Position numbers and translations under genes: made by a program. Below are positions 1 to 13,200 of a stretch of 64,000 bases of DNA, piece by piece (position 1 is the stretch's first letter; each line of letters opens with the position of its first letter). Below the pieces are notes generated by a model that saw nothing but the letters and a program-made list of their open reading frames with translations, ran no database searches and was not told the origin of the DNA. The DNA comes from Chiloscyllium plagiosum (lineage: Eukaryota): the NCBI RefSeq assembly GCF_004010195.1, contig NC_057731.1, positions 43,616,623-43,680,622 of the forward strand, in the 5' to 3' direction.

Positions 1-1166
1 TGTTTCTTGGGAAACTTCAAGTGCTGAATTAAGTGGAGTGATTGGGAGGGTTGAAAAAAAAAGACGTTTGTAAGTTTCATAGTTGCAGCATTTCAACGGG
101 GATGAAGTTGTCAGCGTGTTCAACAAGCTGAAGTATTATCAAAGGATGACTGGTTTGTGTTGGGATTATTGGAGTGCCAGGTACACTCAATCCTCATGCT
201 GAAAGACTCGCTTTTACCAGAGATTCAACAGAAGTGGTAATATTCTGAAGAGGTTCTCTTTGTTTTCTGATTCCACTACACATGATACTCCAGTTGTGTG
301 TTTAAAATGTCAGGGCAGCGGAGTAATTTGATTTGTGTTGTACATGGAGTGTAGCGTGTTTGGGAGTAACAGCCAAACTTCGAATCGATCATTCCTGAAG
401 CTCTCCCCTGCTGGGGAATTTCCTCAAATCAGGTCTGGTTCTTTTAGAAATTAAAAGAGAGTGACTGATCACTGAGATTAGTCAATAATTTCAATATTGC
501 CAGGTCATACAACCCTCAGCATGTCAGAGGTTACATCAATCCAATATCAAAGCATTGCACAAACAGCAATGTGATAATTACCAGACCATCTGTTTTAGAT
601 ATACTAAAGGATAAGTTTTAGTAATGGGCACCAGGAGGATGATAACAAAGTGTTAGAAAAGCTCAGCAGGTCTGGCAGCATCTGCACAGAGAGAAAAACA
701 GAGTTCCATAACCCTCCTATTCTTTTATGACAACGACACCAGGACAAGGTTCAAATAATGCCATTGGATCTTTCATGTCCACCTAGAAAAGGCAAACAGG
801 GCCTTAGTTAAATCTCTCATGAGTGGTTTGAGTCTGGAAGGTATTGCCTGGAAGTGTGGAGGAAGCATGAGGCACTCAAGAGGGCAATGGATGACTACTT
901 GAGTAGAAACATTGAATAAGGATATGGGAGAAAGGCAGGAGATCGGCACCAAGTTACAATCCTCAGATCAGAAACAGTGAGTCAACTGCCCACTTTCTAT
1001 GCTGTAACCATTCTGTGATTCCATGAAAACACATTCTTGGTTTGACACTGGGAATGTCGGTATGAATTATGGGATGTCAAATGAGACATGAACCAATGAC
1101 CCTCTGATCCAGGCAGCCAGGCTGATTTTTTTGAGATCATGACTTGTACCACAGTAGGAGACTTAC

Positions 1167-1256
1167 CTTGACTTTTTGAGACATCAGCAGCAGCTCTACA
1201 CTTCCAGAAATGACAGGAGTGACTTCAACAACCAGACATTTTCTGGTATGGTTGTA
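1167..1256 (-). CDS. PDCD11: PDCD11 coding exon 23 (YNHTRK...SQKVK)
   Basis: tttcag| acceptor, |gtaagt donor, 90 nt, phase 0/0. Confidence 0.9.
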
Positions 1257-4200
1257 CTGAAAATAGGAGGAGGAGGAGGGGTTAAGAGATGGTGAGACAG
1301 AAACAGGATGCAAGAGCAGGTGGTACGGCAAAACACATGCGAGAGTTGGTCATGACTAGAACTGGAATTCAGAGCAACAGGATGTCACAGTAGTGACATT
1401 CAAACTGGGCAAGTTCTTGCATTACTGAAGTTAAATTGCTCAAAGAACCCCCTCTCCCCAAAAGCACCCTTCACCCACTGAAAAACAGCACAGGGTCAGT
1501 CAGCCTGCTCCAAGTCCCACGTTCCAAATTGATGCCACTGCTATGACCCACACTCAATGACAGAGATAGAACATACCACACGCTATCACCCATCTCCCTG
1601 AGGCCACCCAGCTCAATATATTCCATCATTCACACCTGGAAACTGAAAACACCCAGTTGGTAAATGTCAAGTGACAATAGGAACCGATATATGAACTGCA
1701 CACATCAATCCCATTCAAATCAGAATTCAAATCAGAATCATTCACCTTCCTTGCCCCAGGGTCTCCTCAGTGACCACACCCTACTCCCATGTTGATTCCC
1801 TACACCCAGTACGGAATGAGCTGCTGTACCTTCGACACATAGCACGTTAACACTTGGCCGGGTTTGTAGGATTTCAGCTGGTCTGCTAAGTCCTCGCTCT
1901 GGAACATGAGCTCACTGTCTCCTGACAGCTTGCTGTGGAAGGAAAAGGAGAGTCAGCAGGAAGAAAAATATTCACTGGTTCATGGTTAAGTAAACATCCA
2001 GGAAAATCTCCCTAGGTGAGTTCAGACACTTGAAGGGTTTAAAAATTGATAAGGTGGTGGTCATAGTCAAATTTCTACAGTAAAAGTGATAAGGTACCAA
2101 ACCGGGATAAGAAGCATCCATGAAAATTGGTGGAAGAGACTGTAGAAATTGTGGAGGCCCTAGGAATAATTTTCCAAAGCTCCTTGGATGCAGGTGTGGT
2201 GCCAGAGGATAGAGGAATTGTAAATATGTGGCACCCTTGTCAAAAAAAAAGCATAAAGGTTAGTCAACCAAATACAGATGAGTCACTAAGTTCGACAATG
2301 GGGGAAGTTTCTAAAAGTGACATATTGGGACAAAGTCAACAATTACTTGGGTAAATATGGGTCAATGAAGGAAAGCCAGAACAAAGTGGCTAAAAGGCAA
2401 ATTGCGTTTAATTAGCTTACTGGCAATTTTTTTTTAAAAAAGTTGAGAGGGTTGATGAGGTGCAAATGGATTCCCAAAAGATATTTGATAAACTGCCACA
2501 CAACAGACTTGCCAGCAAAATTAGACCTCATGGAATAAGAGGAACAGTAGCAACATGAATACAAATTGGCTGTGTGACAGGAAACAGGAGTGTTTAACTA
2601 ATATCTTTCAGATGGTGGAAATTTTATAAGCGAGCTCCCAAGGTTCAGTATTAGGAACTTCTTTCTTCTTAACATATAGTAACCCAGACTTTGGTATACA
2701 GGTCACAATTTTAAAGTCTGTGGATAAAACAAAATTTGGAAACATTGTGTACTGAGGAGGATACTACAGAACTTCAAAAGAACATTAGCACGTTGGTGGA
2801 GTGGATGGACAACTGGCAGATGAAATGCAATATTGACTCATTTTGACAGGAAGAATGTAGCGAGACAGTTTAAAGAAACTAATTCTAAAGAGAACACAGG
2901 ATCTGAACACATTTTTGAAGGTGGTAGACAGGTTGAGAGAACAGTTAATGAAGCATATGCCATTCTGACGTTTCATCAATATGGGTATGAAATACAAAAG
3001 CAAGGAAGTGATGTTAAACTGTATAAAACATTAGTTTCAATACTACAACCAGTATGCTGGGCATGCACCACAGGAGGATGTGAAGGTAAAAGAGAGTGCA
3101 GAAAAGATTTCAAAGAATGGCTCTGTGAATGGGAAACTTCTGATATATGGATAAACCAGGGTTGTTTTCAGTGAAGAACAGAATGTTGAGATGATTTTCA
3201 ATATCTTGAAGAAATCACGAGACGTCTGCACAGAGTACAGGGGAAGAAATGTTTCCATTGAGTGATGGAGAACCAAATTGACAGAAAAAGCAATAACATG
3301 AAGATGATTTTTCATGTCGTGAAATGTGGGATATGGAATACACTGCCTGATAGTGTGATGGAGACCTATTCCATACAGGCATTCAATAAGGATTCCATTA
3401 TCCGAAGGGGAAGAATGTGCAAGGCTGTGTGGAAAAGTCAAGGGAATAGCACTAGGTAAGTAAATCCTACAGAGAGACAGGTGTAAAGGGCTAAATGATC
3501 TCCTTCTGTACTGTATTCATTCTGTCACTGAGTGAACACAGAACATGAACGCATGGATCTGCTCCTGGAGTTTTATGATTTGATATCAGTACCTCATTCT
3601 GATCAGTTTACTCCCAGCTCCCTATTCATTCATGCGCTCCAACCGAAAAAAAAATGGACTCGAAGCCTGGATCCTGTCTCACTATAAACTTTTTTTAAAA
3701 GAGCAAGACTTCACAGCGAGTGCTGACAAACTGTTCAATCCGAGGTATCGCAGCCAAGTCCAATCCAATCCCCATCTCTCATTTCCTCCTACGAATGACT
3801 CTCCGTGTTTGCAAAGCTTCAGTTATTTGCTCAAAATCTCACTGAGCCAATCAGTGTCAAGGCCATTCATCTACATTGTAATTACAGGACAGGTCAAATT
3901 GCCCATCTGATCCTTACTGGTGCTTCTGCTCCATACAACCCTTTCTACCTTCCTTGGTATAGCTTCACCTCAGTGTCGTCTGCCTCAACTGCTCCCTGCA
4001 GTACAGAGTACCACATTTTCACCACTCTGCAGATAGAGTTCTAACAGGACTTGTTATATATTACCTGATACTGATAGCCTGTAGTTTTGATCTTACCTAC
4101 ATATTGCAACATCGGTTTACCCAAATTAAATCTTTCATTATTTTAAAGATCTCTGCAATCTCTTCTTCATGTTTATTCCCTTCTGTAATAGAATTGCCAG

Positions 4201-7200
4201 GTTAACTTCCCCAGATAGTTATAACTTCTCAGCTCTTGTGAATCCCTTCTGTACCTTCACCATAACTCTATTACTTCAGATGGATACTGGCATTCTGCAC
4301 ACACTCCAAGTTTGGTCAAACCAAACCAGAACAGTGGACAGCAAGCTAAACTTCCTGTGACCTGTAGTTGATTCTCCAACAACCGTCACGGTATCTTGAC
4401 TTACCTTGGTCGCAGTGTTAACACTGGTATAGTCATCGAAAAGTTCGGGTGCGTGATTGGCAAAAATCTAAAATGTGGGAAGACAAAAATAATATCAATT
4501 ACTGCCAGAAAATAGACTTTTTTTAAAGATTAGATTAGATTCCCTACAGTGTGGAAACTGGCCCTTCAGTCCAACAAGTCCACACCGACTCTCCAAAGAG
4601 TACCCCACCCAGACCCATTTCTCTCTGACTATTGCACCTAAAATTATGGGCAATTTAGTATGGCCAATTCGCCTAACCTACACATCTTTGGACTGTGGGA
4701 GGAAACCAGAGCATCCGGAGGAAACCCACACTGACACAGGGAGAATGTGTAAATTTCACACATACAGTCGCCCAAGGCTAAAATCGAACCTGGGTCCCTG
4801 GTGCTGTGAGGCAGCAGTGCTAACACTGAGCCACCGTGCCGCCTGCAACTAGACACTAGTGCAATAATAATGCTTGCGCTATCATAATCAATTACAATGA
4901 AAGGCTAATTCTAGTTTCAGTACAATCACTACCGGACATGGTTTCCTCACACATTGAATGTCACACTCCAACTCTTTGCAATCTGCACGATGAAATGGCA
5001 AGGTGGCTCAGTGGTTAGCGCTGTGCTGCACAGCGCCAGGGACCTGGTTCGATTCCATCCTGGGGAGACTGTGTGGAGTTTGCATATTCTCCCAATGTCT
5101 GCGTGGGTTTCCTGTCACAGTCCAAAGATGCGCAGGTTAGACAGATTTGCCATGGGTAGTACAGGGTTACAGGGATGGGATGTCTGGGTGGGATGTTCTT
5201 TGGAAGGTCAGGGTGGACTCGATGGACCAAATGGCGTTTTTCCAAGACTGTAGGGATTCTACGGATTTTGATTCTAACTGCAGGACTTAACCTTACGTGG
5301 TAACGCTGTGCACAAACCTTGTACCCCTGAAATTAATAAGCTTTTAGGAGTGGATTCCAGAAGTCGAGTTTAAACTATATCAAAGCAATTTGCAAGAGTG
5401 AATTAATTAAATCTGCCATTGTGAGATGGGAAACCAGCAAAATAATTCACATTAAATGACTCTCAACAGAGTCACTTCTGGGTCAGCTCTGCACAGTCGG
5501 AGGGTCAGCGGCGAAGGGAGGCCACGCTGTTGAGGGGCTATTGCTGAAGATGAGATGTTAAACTTGGGTCCTCCTGTCCAAACTGGTTGCTACAACGTAA
5601 TCCATGGCAATAACTTTGAAGAGATCAACAGTTAACGTTGCGTCTTAAATTATCCCTGTAGCATCACTGAAACTGATTTGGTCATTCTATTTGCTTAAAC
5701 AACGTAGGTATGGTTGGTAAGATCAGCTTTTACTATCCTTTTATTTTTGAACCAGTATCTTCTTTTGTCATATCAGAGGGTAGTTATGCATTAATCACAT
5801 TGCTAAGAATCTGGAGTCAGGCATAGCCAGATCAGGCAAGAACGGCAAATATCCTTCTCGAAAGGACATCAGTGAGCAGTTTGAGTTTTCACAATAATTT
5901 GGTGTCCTTATTAAGAGTGAAACTAGCAATGCAGTGTAAATTTATTAACTAGATTTAAATCCCTCCCCATTGGCATGGTGGGGATTGAAGCCATGTCTCT
6001 GGGGCTGTTAACGTATTACTGGTATTTCACTGCTCTGTTTGAGATCTTATTTTGTGTAACTTGGCTGTCTTGATTCCTACAATACAGCTATGACTATATT
6101 TCAAAGCATTTAACTGCTGCAAGGTGACATAACTGCGAATGGCAATATAGAAATGAGAGACTTTCCTTAATGCTTCTTAGTAGGATAACCTGTCAGATGG
6201 TCTCAGTCTAAGCCATGTGACACCAGGTACTCACTATCCAATGAGGCTTAGTGCCAGAATAGTGAAGCAACGCCAATGCATGCCACTTTGCCTGTGTCCA
6301 GATTAGAACAAAAACCCTCAGCAACACTTGTTAACTCAAAAGGACTTGGTGACATTGTAAAGCTGCACTAGAACAGTGACTGCCGGCTTTCCATTTAGTA
6401 TTCCCACCAAACTTCAGGGCTAGCCCACAGGATTAAGGTCAAACCAAAAACATTCAGAAACCAGCAGAGCACCTACCTGTGAGACTTGACTTCTCTACCT
6501 CCAATGACCTTTGCTGTTTCGACATTGCCAACTTTTTGTTTCGTCGTTGGAAAGGAGCCGTCAGGAACGTAGTCATCGATTTCTGAAACGTGAACAAATC
6601 CAGTCACGCCGCCTTCTAACTTGATCAGCAGGCAGTTTGGCTGCACGGATTTCACAGTTCCACTTACTACATTCCCGACATACAGTGCATGCTGAACCAC
6701 AGGTGTCAAATCCTCTTCTTCTGACATTTGGCGCTCTCGCTTGACCCTCCTGTGTTTCTTGCGTCCTCGGGCAGCGAGCGGGATCCCATGATGTTCTACT
6801 CCAGCTGTGTGCAGCGACACAGAGATGGTCTGTCCCACAAAGAGTTTCTCAGAGTCGAAGTGAAAGGTGTCGTTTAGATGGAATGTGACTGGAACGAGAA
6901 GCAGCTTCGAAGTGCCAGCCAGTGAAACAACGGCAACATCCTGTGTCACAAATTGCACCACAGCAGGATGCTGGGAAATTCCTTTCAACTGCAACACAAA
7001 ATTGTCCATTCGGTTCATCAGCTCATCATTTACTGACTCAATTATACCATCTTGTTAGCTTTTCACATCTACATAATGCAAACTCAAGACTGTCTCTATC
7101 CCTTGCACCAGATTTCCTGACAAACACCTCAAGACCAGGTACAGCAAGGGATTTAGAAACAGTAAAGCTTCCTCGACACTGTCCCATCAACCACTCCCAG

Positions 7201-10200
7201 GGCAAGGGGAGCATGGGCTTAGACACAGAGTAAAGCTTCAACTACTCTTTTTAAAACCAAAAAGTAAACTAAAAGTAAACTCCTCTGACACATCCCAATC
7301 AAATACTCCAGCGCAGGTACAGCATGGGGACAGATATAGAGTAAAGCTTCCTCTACATTGTCCTCATCAAACACTCCCAGGACAGGGACAGCACGTGGAT
7401 TGATACAAAGTAATGCTCTCACTACTCTTTTAAACTGAAGGTAAAATCTCCTCTACTCTTTTAAACTGAAATTAAAGCTCCCTCTACACTCTCCACATCA
7501 AACACTCCCAGGACAGGGACAACACAGGGTTAGCTACTGAGTAAAACTCTTGTCTACTCTTTTAAATTGCAAGTAAAGCTACCTCAACACTGTCAACATC
7601 AAACATTTTCAGGACAGGGTCAGCAGGGAGTCAGACACAGGGTAAAGCTTCCTCAACTGTGTCTCTACAACCCTCTCAGGATAGGGAGAATATGGGGTTA
7701 GTTACAGAGTAAAGCCTTCTCTATACTTGCTGAGCTCACTGCTTATCAATTTCAGTCAGACATTACGGTCTGTAGCAAATTCTAAGCAGATTAGTTCTTG
7801 ATCGTTAAGGGTCAACAGGAATCTTTGAGAAGTGGTGGAAAACTCCTTTCTTCTATCCACCTGAATCTCAAGCCTGACATGAAGAAACTCACTGACACAC
7901 TCAGTTTCACTTTTCTCTGAAATAGCACTGGAATCCCATTTTCGTTCTAAAATTAGGATTCTTGCTCAGTGTCACTGGAGTAGATGCTGATTGTGTTTTT
8001 CTTTGTCACAGCTCAACCCAGCACCACTGTACCTTTTTCACATTAGCATTTAGCAGCTCCTGACGGACAGACACATGAACAATGGATGAGAGGAGATCTA
8101 CAAACATCACGACTGCTGTGCACTGTTGTCCTGGGCTCAGAGACACCCCTACAAAAAAGAACAGTGACAAATCCGGCATCAGATATTTGCTGTTTCATGT
8201 AAAACATTCCATCGTCCCTGGCTCCTGAAGTAGTGAGTTCATTCTACCACACTGATCCATGAGATCTCAACTGTGATCACAACAGTATCATGTTTTGGTG
8301 TATCTATGACTGGTTTTCCTGCATCAGCTATTCACACGCTCTATGCTCACATTGCTTCAGCAAGCTCCTTAAATGATACTGAGCTGTTAAAAAGCCAGTC
8401 TCATAGTAAAACCTCAATGCTTTAAAGCCACCAAGTTTCACTGGTTTTACAAATGAATTCACATCTGCAGGATGTGGTCAGAATCAATATTTCATCAATA
8501 GTAGATCCAGTCAGGCTTTTGTTTATAGTCAGTTACACTGGATGCAGGGATGAGGAGGTGATTTGTTATGCAGTGAGAGAGCTGGTTTAACATCTGCAGA
8601 GAAACACTAACACAGGCCGCTGTGGGGAAAAGGAATTACTGAATAACAATGAGGGGGAATCTGGATTAAAAGTAAATGGCAAACAAGGCACCAAATCATG
8701 CTTGACAAATGTATTTATTTGAGAGGTCTTTAAAGATATAGTAAGCAGAGTGGATAAAGGGGAACCATAGATGGTGAGCATTTAAATTGCTAAAAGGCAT
8801 TCGATAATGTGTCACATAATAAGTTAGACACAGGCTAAGATCTTATGGTATTGGGGGTGATACATTAGCATGGATTAGCTGTCAACCGGGGGAAAAAAAA
8901 AGTCAGGATAATTGGGTTAGCAAACTGAATGCTGCAGTCCAGTGGGGATTGGGTATCCCTGTATATGAACCACAAAATATCAGCAAGAAGGTACAAAGAA
9001 GGAGGCAAACAGAATGCTAGCCTTCATTTCAGGAGGGATGGAATATAAAAGTAAGAAAGTCTTAGTGCATTTGGACAGGGCGGTTGGGAGATGCTACCTG
9101 GAAACTGTGCTGAGTTTTGGTTATCTTACCTATGGAATTATATATTTGCATTGGAGGGATTTCACAGTAGGTTCACTTGGCTGATTCCTGGAATAAAGAG
9201 GTTGTCTTTTGAGGAACAGCTTAGCCTGCATTCATTGGTGTTTAGAAGAATGAGCAAAGATCTTGTTGGATATATAAGCTATAAACAGGATAGATGCTGG
9301 GAGAATGTTTCTTCTCATTATAGGGGGTGTAATCTATATCTAGTGACACAGTTCAAAACAGATAGATGCGCATTTAAGGCAGGGATGAAGAGGGATTTCT
9401 TCTCTGAGGATCGTCAATCTTTGGAATTCACTCCTGAGAGCACACGGGCGTCCTTGAAATTATGTAAGGTCAAGTCAGACAGAATTTTGATTTAAATTAT
9501 CATCAGGTGAGCCACTCACCAAATGTCAATGCCAGACATGCACTTACCTTCCTGGTGATAGCGACTGGCTGTAACAGTGTGCTTGGTAACCTGTGTACCC
9601 GTGAAATATATTGTGCCATCATCCTCCACTCTGCTAACTACCAGCTGGAGTCTCTGCCCTGTAGCCAGGCGACTTAAACTGACAGCAACTGGAGAATCTG
9701 AAACAGTAAACATTCATGAAGAATTCAACATCAACCTGCCCTGCAAGTATCGCTTGATTGGATTTCAGCCTATAACTCATTCCCAAATACCTGCTGTTCT
9801 ACATATAAACTCTTGTAAAACGGAGATGCAAAGCAATGTCATCTCCCACAGGGTCGTGAATGCCTAGAATTCTCTACCCCAGAGAGTTATGGAGACTAGG
9901 TCACTGAGCGTATTTAAAGAGAAGATAAACAGGTTTCTGAAATACTAGGGAGCAGAGGGCTGAGAGGAGCCAGCTGAAAGAAGAATTGAGGTGCCTGGGG
10001 CAGATTAGCCTTCATCTTGTTGAATGGCAGAAAGGCGGAATGACCCATTTTCAATCCTATTTCTTATGTTCTTAAGATCAAGCTATGTCTGGGCATGATG
10101 GCGAAAATTGCACCTCTGATATTCTACACTCATGACTGAATGGCAGAAAGAGGTGGACACAAAACTGGTATCTCCAAAATGGGAGTGGAAGTGTGGAAAC

Positions 10201-13200
10201 TGCTGCCCGAGAAAGCTGCTGAGGCAGGATCTCAATTGAAAATATCATAACTACAACTGGGAAAGAATAATCAGGGTTATGGAACTGACTGTGGTCAACA
10301 GAGTTACTTAGAGATCAGACATGACCTAATTGACTTGTGAAACAGACTCAAGGGGCTGAATGGTTTCCCTTGTACTTATGATCAATTTTAAAATATTCCC
10401 TTTCTGAAGGCCCTCTAAATTGTGGATTTCAGACACAAGATTCAGACATTACCTCTGCTGCTCATCAAGGTCCTGACAAATTCCAGTTCCCCACAGTACT
10501 GGCTCAGGAGTGCAAGACTTTCATCATCCTCTTCCCCAGACCCACATTCAGACACTTTCAGAGTCAGTAATACTCGCTTCTTTTCCTCATCCAGGTTTGT
10601 AACCTTGGCAACCACTGTCTGGCCCACCACAAAATGATCTTCGATGTTTGTGACAAACTTATCAGACATAGCCTGGAGGAGAAGAAACATTAACCAGCAA
10701 AATTAATACACACGTAAACCATTCTTGGGTATCGATTATTCAACATATAAACCCCTGGACTAGAATCCAGTCTGTTTAGATAGCTTACATACGAACACCA
10801 CTGGCAAGTCTGTAATTTATTGCCCACCCCTAGCTGCCCTTAGTTTGCTGCATTAAGTGGTTTGCTAAGCCATTTCAGAGTTATGTTAAGAATCAACCAC
10901 AATGCTATAGGACTGGAGTCGCTTTCAGGCCAGACGGGGTCAGGAAGATTTCCTTCCTTGAAGGACATTAGTTAACTAGGTGGGGTTTCTGCGACAATTG
11001 TTCCCTGGCCATCTTCCCCAAGACCAGCTTTTTACTTCCAGCTTTTAATGTTTCAGTAATGAGAATTCAAATGCGCATCTCCCAATCATTAGCTACAAAT
11101 ACTACAATAATATGAGCACCACACCATCATTACAGGACCATGTAAATCATTTAATAAGATTCAGCAAATCTGTTGCTGTGTTGGTCAGAACAAATCAATA
11201 GGTGTAGACTGGATATTGGACTCACAGCTTTGGGAGCCAGGCCATACAGTCCATGTGGGAATTCGACAAACACTCCATATGTCATAATGTTCTTCACAAA
11301 ACCCGGCATCTGCATTCCCACCTAAAGAAAATAGAGAGACAGGTAAAGCACTGTGGTTTCTAGAGGCCAGAGCTCCTTCCCCAAGGAAGATGATACTTCT
11401 CTCAGAGGCAATGTAACGAAGTCGCACTAGATTCTGGGGATAGAGGACCAAAGCTAGGAGGACAGGTCAAGTAGAATGAGACTAAAATAGTTACCACTTA
11501 GAAGGATTTCATTTAGTTGGATAAAATTCTTTACTATTCTAATCCAGATTCTTTATCTCAGTTGCATTGGTTTAAAAGGTGCAACATTCCACATAAGTTT
11601 CCAAAGTCTTTATGTCCTCCTGAGAGCAATGAGGTTCTTGACCCTGTCTATTCCATTTCCCACCCTTCTACCCTCATCCCTTTTCCTCCCTCCCAGAACC
11701 ACAAACAGGTTCTGCTTGCTTCGACGTTCTATCCCACCAGCCTCTGCATTCAACATCATCATTGCCTGTCATTTTCACCAGCTCCAGTATGATGCTGCCA
11801 CCACATCCATCCTCTCATAACCTCTCCTTTCAGGATTTTGAATAGTCATAGAGATGTACAGCATGGAAATAGACCCTTCGGTCCAACCTGTCCATGCCGA
11901 CCAGATATCCCAACCCAATCTAGTCCTACCTGAGCACCCGGCCCATATCTCTCCAAACCATTCCTATTCATATACCCATCCAAATGCCTCTTAAATGTTG
12001 CAATTGTACCAGCCTCCACCAAAGAGACCACTTCTTTTCTGAAATTCTAGTCCAGTCTGGAGCATCTCCGAACACATTCTTCCTTTCCAATAGGATCTGT
12101 TGATGTCAGCACAGGTTATGCAATACCTGCCCTTTCACCTCCTTTGTTTTCACTGTTCAAGGCTCCAAGCATGAATTCAGGCCTCTTAATTTGGTATTTG
12201 CTGTTAACAATGCAATCGCCTCTGTACTGAAGAGACCAAATGCAGACCAGACACCACCTTGTAAAATACATCTATTCAGTTCGCGAGCAATGGCCTTCTT
12301 GTCATTTGTTGTTTTATATCTTCACCACACAGCCCTCTGACCTTAGTATGCTGCAGCTCAAACCAAGCCTGAGTGCTACACGTTTTGATAATATAATTTC
12401 AAGCAACTGGACTTGACATGAAGTTGACCAATTTTAAAAGAGTGCATTTATTTAATTTTGTTTTGCTTCTAAATCTGGTTTCTCGATTAATTCTTTTGTT
12501 TTCCAATGGATGTTATTCACTATCCTGTCAATCACACCACGTCTAGACACATCCTCTGAGTTTTTTTTTAAAAACATGTCCATTGCCACCATCTCTGGCT
12601 TCATATCATGAAACCTTTTGGCTTTTAAACTCCCCTTTAATTTATCACAGATCTTCCTTTTTTGTTATTCTTCTTCCTACCTTCTCCCCTTTACCTTGCT
12701 CAAAACCTACTGCTTTACCTTATTCCAGTTCTGATGAAAGGTCAAAGGATTGAATCACACACAATTCTCTCCACTGATGGTAGCTAACTTTGAGCATTTC
12801 CAGTATTTGCTGTTTCTATTTCAGATTTCTAGTATTTTACCATTCCAAAATTCCTATACTGTTTGACAGGGCAGATGCTGAGAAGTTGCTTCATTTGGGT
12901 GGAGAGACTAGAACTGGACATCACAGGATAAGAAGTCAGCCATTTAGCGCTGACAGGAGAACTTCGGCATTCAGAATATAGTACAGTGAATCTTTGGATT
13001 TCTCGATCCTAGTGAGTTGGTCATTGAGATTATTTAAAACTGAGGAAGATAGAGTTTTGAACACTAAGAGAATTAAGGGATATATGGACGAGGCAGAAAA
13101 TTTAAAAAGTCTTCTTAAAAGATCAGTCACAATCGCAATGAATGACAAAGCAGACACAAGGGGCAACACAGCTCCTAGTTCTTTTATTTGCAACATAGGA

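Noticed and set aside
6989-7068. Upstream extension of the large PDCD11 exon
   Set aside because: RRP5 similarity and phase 0 fit the ttgcag acceptor at 6989.
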